From contig OZ250165.1 of assembly GCA_965238005.1 (NCBI GenBank), positions 2,464,001 to 2,528,000 of the forward strand: a stretch of DNA of 64,000 bases. The letters run 5' to 3'. Below are positions 1 to 8,249 of the stretch, in pieces. Below the pieces are notes generated by a model, which was given only the letters and a program-made list of their open reading frames with translations, searched no databases and was not told the origin of the DNA. How positions within the stretch are numbered: position 1 is the first letter of the stretch; each line of letters begins with the position of its first letter. Origin of the DNA: Longimicrobiales bacterium (lineage in GTDB: Bacteria > Gemmatimonadota > Gemmatimonadetes > Longimicrobiales > Gaopeijiaceae). The position numbers were made by a program, and so were the translations under genes.

Positions 1-1174
1 TCTGGCGCTCGAGGTCGTATGTGACGGTCTTGGCGTCGATGGCGCCTCCCATGCCACGGTTCACCGCCTCGGCTGCTTCGTTCCAGCCCAGATGCTCGAG
101 CATCATCACGGCTGAGAGGATCAGCGAACCGGGGTTCACCTTGTCCAAGTTGGTGTACTTGGGGGCCGTTCCGTGAGTCGCCTCGAAGAGCGCCACCTCG
201 TCGCCGACGTTGGCCCCGGGCGCCATGCCGAGACCGCCGACCTGTGCGGCGCACGCATCGGAGAGATAGTCGCCGTTGAGATTCGGGGTCACGATGACGT
301 CGTACTCGTCCGGTCGTAGAAGCACCTGCTGGAACATGGCATCGGCGATACGATCGTTGACGAGCAGCTTGCCGGCGGGATCGGCGCCGTCCCAGACTTC
401 CGACTCGGCGATCGTGGCATCCGCAAACTCTTCCTGAGCCACCTCGTATCCCCAGTCCCTGAAGGCCCCTTCGGTGAACTTCATGATGTTCCCCTTGTGG
501 ACCAGCGTCACGGCCCTGCGGTTCCGATCGAGGGCGTATCGGATGGCGGCGGCCACGTGTCTTTTCGTCCCAAAGGGGCTGATCGGCTTGATCCCGATGC
601 CACTCTCCTCGCGGATGGACGAGCCCATCTCGTCGACCAGGAACGCCCGTACACGCCGTGCCTCGGCGCTGCCGGAAGCCCATTCGATTCCGGCGTAGAC
701 GTCCTCCGTGCTCTCACGGTAGATGACCACGTCGAGCCTCTCGGGCTCCTTCATCGGTGAGGGCACTCCTTCGATCCACCGGACCGGTCGGATGCAGGAG
801 TAGAGGTCGAGAACCTGTCGAAGGGTAACGCTCAGCGAGCGGATGCCTCCACCCACGGGTGTGGTCAAGGGTCCTTTGATCCCAACTTTGAACTCCCGGA
901 GAGCCTCGAAGGTCTCCTCCGGCAGCCACTCGCCGGTCTTCTCGCTTGCCTTCTCGCCCGAGTAGATCTCCATCCACGCGATCCGGCGCTCGCCGCCGTA
1001 CACCTTCGCAACGGAGGCATCGACGACGGCCTGGGTGGCACGCCAGATGTCGGGACCGATCCCGTCTCCCTCGATGAACGGGATGATCGGTTGGGCCGGT
1101 ACGACCGGCTTGCCACGCTCTATCGTGATCCGCTCGCCATCCGCCGGTACGGTGGCGTAGCTGTATTCGGTCAC
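1..1174 (-). CDS. icd: NADP-dependent isocitrate dehydrogenase (3' end runs off the window)
   Basis: Manual translation from GTG at 1174 (GGAG RBS upstream): [10 protein letters not shown]...[16 protein letters not shown]...[18 protein letters not shown]...[11 protein letters not shown]...[10 protein letters not shown]...KVNPGS...VTYDLERQ. Absent from the ORF track because there is no stop in the window. Confidence 0.95.
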   Translation of the reverse strand, partial: MTEYSYATVPADGERITIERGKPVVPAQPIIPFIEGDGIGPDIWRATQAVVDASVAKVYGGERRIAWMEIYSGEKASEKTGEWLPEETFEALREFKVGIKGPLTTPVGGGIRSLSVTLRQVLDLYSCIRPVRWIEGVPSPMKEPERLDVVIYRESTEDVYAGIEWASGSAEARRVRAFLVDEMGSSIREESGIGIKPISPFGTKRHVAAAIRYALDRNRRAVTLVHKGNIMKFTEGAFRDWGYEVAQEEFADATIAESEVWDGADPAGKLLVNDRIADAMFQQVLLRPDEYDVIVTPNLNGDYLSDACAAQVGGLGMAPGANVGDEVALFEATHGTAPKYTNLDKVNPGSLILSAVMMLEHLGWNEAAEAVNRGMGGAIDAKTVTYDLERQ

Positions 1175-1368
1175 GGAACGCTCCGCTGCGGTGTCGTGGA
1201 CTGTGGAATCGGGCAGGCCCGGCCTGGAAAAGAGGGCCCTGGTGGAACCCTAAAGATACCTGGGTAGCTAAGAGGGCGCCAATCGACCGCCCCCCCCCGG
1301 ATATTCCTGCGCGCCGTCCTGCGCGCCGTCACTTGCCTGGTTGGTCCCCAGGGTCGATCTTCCAAAGG

Positions 1369-1393
1369 CTAGTTGAGATTCGTTCTCAACTAG
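1369..1393. promoter_or_regulatory. Fur-like operator upstream of the iron ABC transporter
   Basis: Perfect inverted repeat CTAGTTGAGA-ttcgt-TCTCAACTAG with a 7-1-7 core TGAGATT-c-GTTCTCA, about 60 bp upstream of the Fe3+-binding protein start. Confidence 0.7.
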
Positions 1394-1455
1394 TCGAGAA
1401 TCGAAGGATGATCCCTTGGAATCGTGATTCAACGTCGTCGCAGGGAGGGTTGTGC

Positions 1456-2508
1456 ATGAAGCGGTTGCACGTATCGGGCCTCTGTACCGTCATGGGAGTG
1501 GCCCTCTTGGCCGCCTGCTCCGGAGACGGACAGGCGGAGGGTGCCTCGGAGGATGCCGGCGTCGTCAACGTCTACAGCCATCGGCACTACGACACCGACC
1601 AAGAGCTTTTCCGCCGGTTCACCGAGCTGACCGGCATACAGGTCAACGTTCAGACGGCGTCCGCCGACGAGCTGATCACGCGCCTCGAGACCGAGGGTGC
1701 AAGCACGCGGGCCGACCTGCTGATCACGGTGGATGCCGGTCGTCTGCAGCGGGCCAAGAAGCGAAACCTGCTGCGCAGCGCCTCCTCCGAGGTACTGCAG
1801 TCGAACGTACCCGCGCATCTGAGGGATCCGGAGGGCTACTGGTACGGACTCACGCAGAGGGCCCGCGTCATCGCCTACTCGCTGGATCGAGTGTCCGCCG
1901 ACGAGCTGTCGACGTATGAGGATCTGGCCGACCCCAAGTGGCGAGGCCGCATTCTCGTGCGCAGCTCCGAGAACATCTACAACCAGTCGCTCCTGGCATC
2001 CATGATCGCCGTTCACGGCGAGGACGCGGCGGACGAATGGGCGCGCGGCGTGGTGCTGAACATGGCCCGGGCCCCCCAGGGCGGGGACCGCGATCAGGTC
2101 AAGGACTTGGCGGCCGGGGTCGGCGATGTGGCCATCACGAATACGTACTACGTCGGGCTGCTTCTCAACGGGGACGATGAGAGTGATCGCGAGCTGGCTC
2201 AGAAGGTGGGAATCTTCTTTCCCAATCAGGACGATCGGGGCGCTCACGTGAACGTGAGTGGGGCGGGAGTGACGGCACACTCGCCCAATCCGGAAAACGC
2301 CCTGAGGCTCCTGGAATTCCTCACCGACTCGGAAGCGCAGACCGGATACGCGGAGGCGAACTTCGAGTACCCGGTAAAACCGGGCATCGCATGGGCGGAG
2401 ACGCTTCAGGAGTGGGGCGAGTTCCGGCCCGACACGCTCAACCTATCCGTTCTCGGGGAGCTCAACGCCCGCGCCGTGATCATCTTCGACCGGGCCGGGT
2501 GGCGATAA
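1456..2508 (+). CDS. fbpA: Fe(3+) ABC transporter substrate-binding lipoprotein (FbpA/FutA family)
   Basis: Lipobox LAAC; VNVYSHRHY, ADLLITVDAGRL, YNQSL, NTYY and HVNVSGAGV motifs; RBS GGAGG before ATG 1456. Confidence 0.92.
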   Translation: MKRLHVSGLCTVMGVALLAACSGDGQAEGASEDAGVVNVYSHRHYDTDQELFRRFTELTGIQVNVQTASADELITRLETEGASTRADLLITVDAGRLQRAKKRNLLRSASSEVLQSNVPAHLRDPEGYWYGLTQRARVIAYSLDRVSADELSTYEDLADPKWRGRILVRSSENIYNQSLLASMIAVHGEDAADEWARGVVLNMARAPQGGDRDQVKDLAAGVGDVAITNTYYVGLLLNGDDESDRELAQKVGIFFPNQDDRGAHVNVSGAGVTAHSPNPENALRLLEFLTDSEAQTGYAEANFEYPVKPGIAWAETLQEWGEFRPDTLNLSVLGELNARAVIIFDRAGWR

Positions 2509-2528
2509 GGGCTGCTTAGGGGCTGGTC

Positions 2529-4265
2529 ATGGCCACGGCCATTCGTTCGAGGGCCCGGAGCGCATGGAGCGCCCTCCGGGCTTTCTGGCGTCAATCGCGT
2601 AGCGAGTTCCGAGGCGGGCTCACCCCCTGGAGCGTGTCGGCGCTGGTGGTGGTGGCTCTCACGACCCTCCCCCTGCTGGTGATCACCGTGGGGGTCTTCG
2701 GGCCCCGTACCGAGATCTGGCAGCACTTGGCCAGTACCGTTCTCCCGGTGTACGTGGGAAACTCGGCGTTGCTCATGGTGGGGGTGGGCGTGTTGGCTCT
2801 TTTCCTCGGGCTGGCGCCGGCCTGGCTCGTGTCGGCCTACGAGTTCCCCGGACGGCGCACCTTCGAGTGGAGCCTGGTCCTGCCGTTGGCCATCCCCACC
2901 TACATCATCGCCTACACCTACGCCGGCGTCTTCGAGTACGGGAGCGCCATGTCGGGCGTGCTGAGTGCTCTCTGGCCCGGGGCCGAGACGTGGCGGGTCC
3001 GATCGGCGATCATGTCCCGCGGAGGTGTCACCGTCATGATGGCCCTGGTGCTCTACCCGTACGTGTACGTCATCGCCCGGGCCTCCTTCCTCCGACAGTC
3101 GGGCGCCGTGCTGGAGACCGCGCGCAGTCTGGGGCGGGGACCGTGGAACACGTTCTTCCGGGTGGCCCTTCCCATGTCACGTCCAGCGGTCGTAGGCGGG
3201 TTGACGCTGGTGCTCATGGAGGTGCTCAACGAGTACGGAGCCGTGAAGTACTTCGGTGTGCCCACGTTCACGACGGGGATCTTCCGGGCCTGGTTCCCGT
3301 TGAACGACCCCACGTCAGCCATGCGCCTTTCGGGTATCCTGCTCCTTTTCGTCTTCTCGCTCATCGTCTTCGAGCGGGCACAGAGAGGCCGGGCCCGTTT
3401 CGATGATGGCGCAAGGGGGTACCGACCCAGCGAGAGGCAGAGGCTGGGAAGGCGGGGGCGATGGCTCTCGTTTGCCGCATGCCTCCTACCGTTGACGCTG
3501 GGCTTCCTGGTTCCGGTCCTCCAGCTCCTGGAGTGGGCGACCCGGGCCGGGTTCGGAGCGCTGGACGCACGCTTTGTGGAGCTCACGCTCCACAGCTTTA
3601 CACTGGCCCTCACCGCCGCGCTTCTGGCGGTCCTTGCGGCCCTGCTCATCGCGTACGCCGTACGGCTGAGCCCCACCCCCTTCCTCCGCCTCGCCTCGAA
3701 GGTGGCGGTCCTGGGCTATTCGATTCCGGGAGCCGTCATCGCAGTGGGCGTCTTCATCCCGTTCGTGTGGGTGGACCGACACGTGGACGCGTTCATGAGA
3801 GCGTCCTTCGGCCTCCCCACGGGGCTCCTGCTGAGCGGAACACTGGTGGCTCTCGTCGTCGCGTACGTGGTGCGCTTCCTGGCCGTGGCGCTCAACCCCC
3901 TCGAGTCGGGCTTCAAGCGCCTGTGCGGCAATCTCGACGAGAGCTCGAGATCGCTGGGAGTTCCGCCGCTCAACACGCTCTGGAGGGTGGACCTGCCTTT
4001 GCTCAAGGGCACCCTTCTGAGCGCCGCCCTTCTGGTCTTCGTGGACGTGCTCAAGGAGCTGCCCCTCACCCTGATTCTCCGCCCGTTCAACTTCGACACC
4101 CTGGCCACCCGGGCCTTCCAACTCGCCACCGACGAGCAGCTGACCCAGTCGGCCGTGCCCGCGCTGCTCATCGTCACCGTGGGTCTGGTGCCCGTGATCG
4201 TGCTGAACAAGCTTATCGGGAGGGGCGGCCCCGGGGACGGCGGAGGCGGTTCGAGCGGCAAGTAG
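2529..4265 (+). CDS. fbpB: Fe(3+) ABC transporter permease (FbpB/FutB family)
   Basis: Two ABC permease halves with EAA-like loops (ETARSLG, ESSRSLG), LPLAIPTYIIAY and KELPLTLILRPFNFDTLA. Confidence 0.92.
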   Translation: MATAIRSRARSAWSALRAFWRQSRSEFRGGLTPWSVSALVVVALTTLPLLVITVGVFGPRTEIWQHLASTVLPVYVGNSALLMVGVGVLALFLGLAPAWLVSAYEFPGRRTFEWSLVLPLAIPTYIIAYTYAGVFEYGSAMSGVLSALWPGAETWRVRSAIMSRGGVTVMMALVLYPYVYVIARASFLRQSGAVLETARSLGRGPWNTFFRVALPMSRPAVVGGLTLVLMEVLNEYGAVKYFGVPTFTTGIFRAWFPLNDPTSAMRLSGILLLFVFSLIVFERAQRGRARFDDGARGYRPSERQRLGRRGRWLSFAACLLPLTLGFLVPVLQLLEWATRAGFGALDARFVELTLHSFTLALTAALLAVLAALLIAYAVRLSPTPFLRLASKVAVLGYSIPGAVIAVGVFIPFVWVDRHVDAFMRASFGLPTGLLLSGTLVALVVAYVVRFLAVALNPLESGFKRLCGNLDESSRSLGVPPLNTLWRVDLPLLKGTLLSAALLVFVDVLKELPLTLILRPFNFDTLATRAFQLATDEQLTQSAVPALLIVTVGLVPVIVLNKLIGRGGPGDGGGGSSGK

Positions 4266-4308
4266 CGCAGGATCCCCACGAAATCAATCCAACCACATCG
4301 AGGTCCGC

Positions 4309-4362
4309 TTGCCCTTCTTTACTCTTCGACGTATCTTGACTTTCGGTTTTTATTCGGTATCC
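4309..4362 (+). promoter_or_regulatory. sigma70-like promoter plus candidate SOS operator of imuB
   Basis: TTGCCC(4309)-17 nt-TATCTT(4332), followed by CTTTCGGTTTTTATTCGGT at 4340-4358. Confidence 0.65.
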
Positions 4363-4381
4363 GTTCAAGGCCTTTTTGTCC

Positions 4382-5731
4382 ATGTCCGAGCCCCGTTCGC
4401 GTGTGTACAGTGGTCCTACCCACCCAGCCGTTCGAGGGTGGGAGACCAGGGGCGCCACCACCACCCAGCGACGAGGAAGCCGCCAAGCACTCTGCGCCTG
4501 GCTGCCCACCTTCGAGCTTCGACTGGAGCTGGTCCGGAGCCCGGAGCTGGACGCTACGTCCGTAGCCCTTCTCTCCCCCGGCGAGAACACCCGGAGAACG
4601 GTCTGGCAGGTCTCCGAGCGGGCCTCCATCGCCGGCGTACGCCCTGGGCAACTCATCTCTCAGGCCGTCGCCCTCTGCCCTTCCCTCACCCTCCTGGAGC
4701 CCGATCCGGCCCACTACGACGCTGCCCAGGAGGAGCTCCTGGAGACCCTGTCGGGCCTGAGCCCCATCGTGGAGCCTGCCGGCCGCGGAAGGGTCTTCGT
4801 GGGAATGGACGGGCTCGGACGGCTCTACGGCTCACCACCGCGCCAGGTAGACAGAGTTCTCGGAGCGCTCCTCACGATCTTCCCCCGTCCACTGGTGGCC
4901 GCCATGAGAATGGGGTGGGCCTCGGGGAAGTTCGGAGCCTGGGTGGCCGCGGCCGGAGCGGGCCCCGGACGACCCGTGATCGTGGAAGGAGAGGAGCTCC
5001 TCTCCTTCCTGGGCCCCTGCCCCGTCTCCGTGCTTCCGGTCGATACGGTCATGGTCGAGCGGCTCGAGCGGCTCGGCATCGACACCCTGGGCGATCTGAT
5101 CCGTCTCCCGACCCCAGCCTTGATCGGTCAGTTCGGATCCGACGGGCAAAGGGCTCGGGCCTGGGCCACGGGCGAGCGGATCGATTCCGTCCAGCCGTAC
5201 CATCGACCTCGACCGATCCGATCTTCACTCGACTTCCACACTCCCGTGGGGCAGGTGGAAACGCTCCACGGGGCACTGGACCGGCTCCTGGAACGAGCGT
5301 TGGCGCGTCCGGAGCGTCAGGGCAGGAGCATACAGGGTGTGGGTCTGGCCGCTCGCCTGGAGGGTGAGGGCTCGTGGGCCCTGAAGACGGTCCTTCGGGA
5401 GCCCACGGCGCATCGCGAGCGAATCGCCTTCGTCCTTCGCGCCCGGATGGCCCTGTCACCTCCCCCTCGGGCCGTGGAAGCCCTGACCGTGGAGTTCTTC
5501 CAGTTCGGCCCTGCCACGTCTCAGAACGACCTCTTCGACCGGGGGGAGTCCAGTGGCAGAGAAGAGTGCGGGCGGGAGCTGTCCGAGGGCACCGTCCCCT
5601 CCGCCCTCAGGGAGGCCGTTCAGGAATTGAAGCTGAAGCTCGGCCACTCACCACTCTATCGCGTCGTAGAGGTGGACCCCTGGTCCCGGATCCCCGAGCG
5701 GAGACATGCGCTGCTGAATTTCGAGCCGTGA
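4382..5731 (+). CDS. imuB: ImuB-like catalytically inactive Y-family DNA polymerase
   Basis: Y-family layout (GVRPGQLISQAVALCP, LSPIVE, LERLGIDTLGDL, FG) without the catalytic DE motif; C-terminal SRIPERR. Start codon uncertain. Confidence 0.85.
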   Translation: MSEPRSRVYSGPTHPAVRGWETRGATTTQRRGSRQALCAWLPTFELRLELVRSPELDATSVALLSPGENTRRTVWQVSERASIAGVRPGQLISQAVALCPSLTLLEPDPAHYDAAQEELLETLSGLSPIVEPAGRGRVFVGMDGLGRLYGSPPRQVDRVLGALLTIFPRPLVAAMRMGWASGKFGAWVAAAGAGPGRPVIVEGEELLSFLGPCPVSVLPVDTVMVERLERLGIDTLGDLIRLPTPALIGQFGSDGQRARAWATGERIDSVQPYHRPRPIRSSLDFHTPVGQVETLHGALDRLLERALARPERQGRSIQGVGLAARLEGEGSWALKTVLREPTAHRERIAFVLRARMALSPPPRAVEALTVEFFQFGPATSQNDLFDRGESSGREECGRELSEGTVPSALREAVQELKLKLGHSPLYRVVEVDPWSRIPERRHALLNFEP

Positions 5732-5763
5732 TTTAACATTTGATCAAGGACACGGCGATAGAG

Positions 5764-6120
5764 ATGACCGAGATCCCACTCAAGCTCACCATCCTGCTGG
5801 TGGTCGCGGCAGCCGGCTGCTCGGACGGAAGCAGTAGCCAGGGATCGTCGAACCGGACACCGCCAGCGGACCCGTCAACGGACGCATCATCATCTCCGAG
5901 CTCCTGGGTGGAGAGTGCGGGACTTCGTCCCGGATCATCAGCTACGCCCCCGACGAGACCGATCCCCTGGTCCTGGTCGCTTCCGGTTCGAACATCATGT
6001 CACAAGATCGTCTTTGGCCGCGGGGGACCCGAGCAACCGCGGTCCATGTGGGTGATAGACCTCGCCACCAGAGACGAGTCGGAGATTCTTACCGGCGTGC
6101 AGTGGGCCGTTGCCATAAGG
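5764..6120 (+). pseudogene. Probable degraded lipoprotein or TolB-like propeller fragment
   Basis: Lipobox-like AAGC at the N-terminus and a later IVFGRGG...MWVIDLATRDESEI segment; the sequence between them looks scrambled. Confidence 0.3.
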
Positions 6121-6541
6121 CCGGGGGCCTGTATACGTATCATTCTTGAACTTTTATACGTATACGCTAGGCGAGCGCATGGTAATGACCGGACTGGTCA
6201 CGGGCAGCGGGGAATCTCCTCGGCCTCGGCGAGCTGGGCGGCAGTCAGGGAGCCCCGATAGGGGGCCAGACCGGAGCGCCACACACCCTGTGCGTCCTCC
6301 GCCAACGCTGGTGCAACGCTGGTGGGCCGTTTCCTCCACAGGAGGCCCTGAGCGTCGGCTGATTCGGAGGCCTTCCGCCGTGTCGTGGCTACGGATTTTC
6401 GGTCCCGGGTCCTCCGGTCGCGCCCCGTGCCGTCGAACTTCGGTGTGGCGATTCTTCGTCGTCGCAAGTGCCCCGCCGAACGCGTAAATTACGTAATACC
6501 AGCTACATGACAGACGGCCGTATCCGTCGGAAGGCCGGACG

Positions 6542-7114
6542 ATGCCAGGTTCCGATGTAGTCACGGTCGAGTTCGAGTTCACCCCCGAAGACTGGGTCAG
6601 GGCCAACGCCACGCACTCGTGGAACTCGGAGTTGACGAAGAAGGCGCTCAAACAGATGCAGGTGCTTTTCGCCATGATCGTCGGGCTCATGGCCCTGCTC
6701 ATGCTCCTTGGCGGATCGGCAGTGGGTGCCATCGCCATGTTGCTCGCCGGCACGGTCTTGGTGGGTGTGCTCAAGCCTCTCGTCCGCATCTCCCAGCGGC
6801 GCCAGATCAAGAAGGTCGCCGACCTCGGCCTCATCAACGGCATCTTCGGACCGCATCGCGTGGAGCTGCGGGACGAAGGCATCTTGGATTCCACCACCGG
6901 ATACGAATTCCTCGTGAGATGGAGCGCCATCGAGGACATCAAGGAGTCGGACGGCTCCTTCCTCATCTACTCGGGCGCCAACTCCTTCCTGACCATCCCA
7001 TCCTCGGCGTTCCCCGACGCCGAGACGCTGCGAGCGTTCGGCGATCGCTTCTTCGAGCGTCTCAGCCAAACAGAGACGCCGGCGTTGCCCGATGAGGGAG
7101 AGCGCGGGGACTAG
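6542..7114 (+). CDS. YcxB-like membrane protein
   Basis: Two TM helices followed by VRWSAIEDIKESDGSFLIY...FLTIPSSAF, typical of the YcxB C-terminal domain. Confidence 0.75.
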   Translation: MPGSDVVTVEFEFTPEDWVRANATHSWNSELTKKALKQMQVLFAMIVGLMALLMLLGGSAVGAIAMLLAGTVLVGVLKPLVRISQRRQIKKVADLGLINGIFGPHRVELRDEGILDSTTGYEFLVRWSAIEDIKESDGSFLIYSGANSFLTIPSSAFPDAETLRAFGDRFFERLSQTETPALPDEGERGD

Positions 7115-7189
7115 CGGACACCGGCCGTCCCGTCGGTTGGCCCTCCATCAGACGGGGTGACGTCAAGGAGCGGACATCCCATTCCTGAA

Positions 7190-7249
7190 TTGCATCGCCC
7201 ATCCTTTCGGTTTATATTCGGTTTCCGTGGAAACCCCATAGACCGAAAT
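7190..7249 (+). promoter_or_regulatory. sigma70-like promoter plus candidate SOS operator of the DUF6504-recX operon
   Basis: TTGCAT(7190)-17 nt-TATATT(7213); CTTTCGGTTTATATTCGGT at 7204-7222 overlaps the -10; inverted half-site ACCGAAA at 7242-7248. Confidence 0.7.
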
Positions 7250-7252
7250 GTG

Positions 7253-7561
7253 ATGAGCCCTCCGACCCCGTCATCCAACGGCGCCAACAACAGCCGGCCC
7301 AGCAGGCTTCAACGGCAAAGGCTTCGCCCGTTGAAGTCCCCCTCCCCCGTCCAGGTCCGGACCGACGCCGACGGGTTGCCCACCGAGCTGCACCGATGTG
7401 GGAAGCGGTTTCGGGTGGCGGCGGTACGCGAGCGCTGGAGGATCGACGATGAGTGGTGGCGGAATCCCATCTCAAGGGAGTACTTCGCCCTGGTTCTGGA
7501 GGACGGGCGCCCCATCATCCTCTTCCGGGACCTCGTCGCCGGGGGATGGTACGGACAGTGA
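7253..7561 (+). CDS. Stand-alone ImuB C-terminal-like domain protein (DUF6504-like)
   Basis: PVQVRTDADGLP...RVAAVRERWRIDDEWWR..ISREYFALVLEDG...LFRDL..GGWY resembles the W..D..WW/R.Y signature of ImuB C-termini. Confidence 0.75.
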   Translation: MSPPTPSSNGANNSRPSRLQRQRLRPLKSPSPVQVRTDADGLPTELHRCGKRFRVAAVRERWRIDDEWWRNPISREYFALVLEDGRPIILFRDLVAGGWYGQ

Positions 7562-8247
7562 AGATCCTCCGGATCCACCTCGCCCCCCGTAGCAGAAACA
7601 GGGTGCTGGTGCACCTCGAGGACCTGGACCCGCTGGAGATCGCCCTGGACGTCATGGACCGGTCCGGGGTTCACGTGGGCTCCGAGCTCGAGCCCGCGGA
7701 TCTCGCCCACCTGCGGGAAGACGACACGAAATGGCGCGTTCGTCAGGTCGCCCTCCACCTCCTCTCCTCTCGCCCCCGTGGGGAGCAGGAGCTCCGCACC
7801 CGTCTCCGGGCGAAGAGCTTCCCCCCTGCCCTGGTGGAGTGGTGCATCCACCTCCTCAGAGAGCAGGGGCTCCTGGACGATCATGCCTTCGCTTCGGCAT
7901 ACGTGCGAAGCCGCATTCGCCTCCGCCCGCGGGGGCGCTTTCGTCTGAGCCAAGAATTGCGACAGAAGGGGGTGGCTGTCGAAGTCGTCGAGAAAGCGAT
8001 CGAGGACGCCTTCCTCGATGAAGCAACGTCGGAGCACAAGCTGGCCAGGGAGGCCGCTCAGAGGTGGGTGCAGCGCCAGAGCCGGACGGTGGCCAAGGCG
8101 CTCGCGGCGCATGACCGTTCCCCGGAGCGTGAGCGGGGCCGACGACGTCTGCACGCTTTCCTGAACCGCCGGGGCTTCGCACCCGACGCCATTCGCGCCG
8201 CTCTAACGGCCGCGTTGGAGAGGGCCGCCGATCTCTGTGCGCCCTAG
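7558..8247 (+). CDS. recX: Regulatory protein RecX
   Basis: ALHLLSSRPRGEQELRTRL, GLLDDHAFA, RGRFRLSQELRQKGV, FLNRRGF; GTGA overlap with the upstream stop indicates translational coupling. Confidence 0.9.
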   Translation: MKILRIHLAPRSRNRVLVHLEDLDPLEIALDVMDRSGVHVGSELEPADLAHLREDDTKWRVRQVALHLLSSRPRGEQELRTRLRAKSFPPALVEWCIHLLREQGLLDDHAFASAYVRSRIRLRPRGRFRLSQELRQKGVAVEVVEKAIEDAFLDEATSEHKLAREAAQRWVQRQSRTVAKALAAHDRSPERERGRRRLHAFLNRRGFAPDAIRAALTAALERAADLCAP

Positions 8248-8249
8248 TT

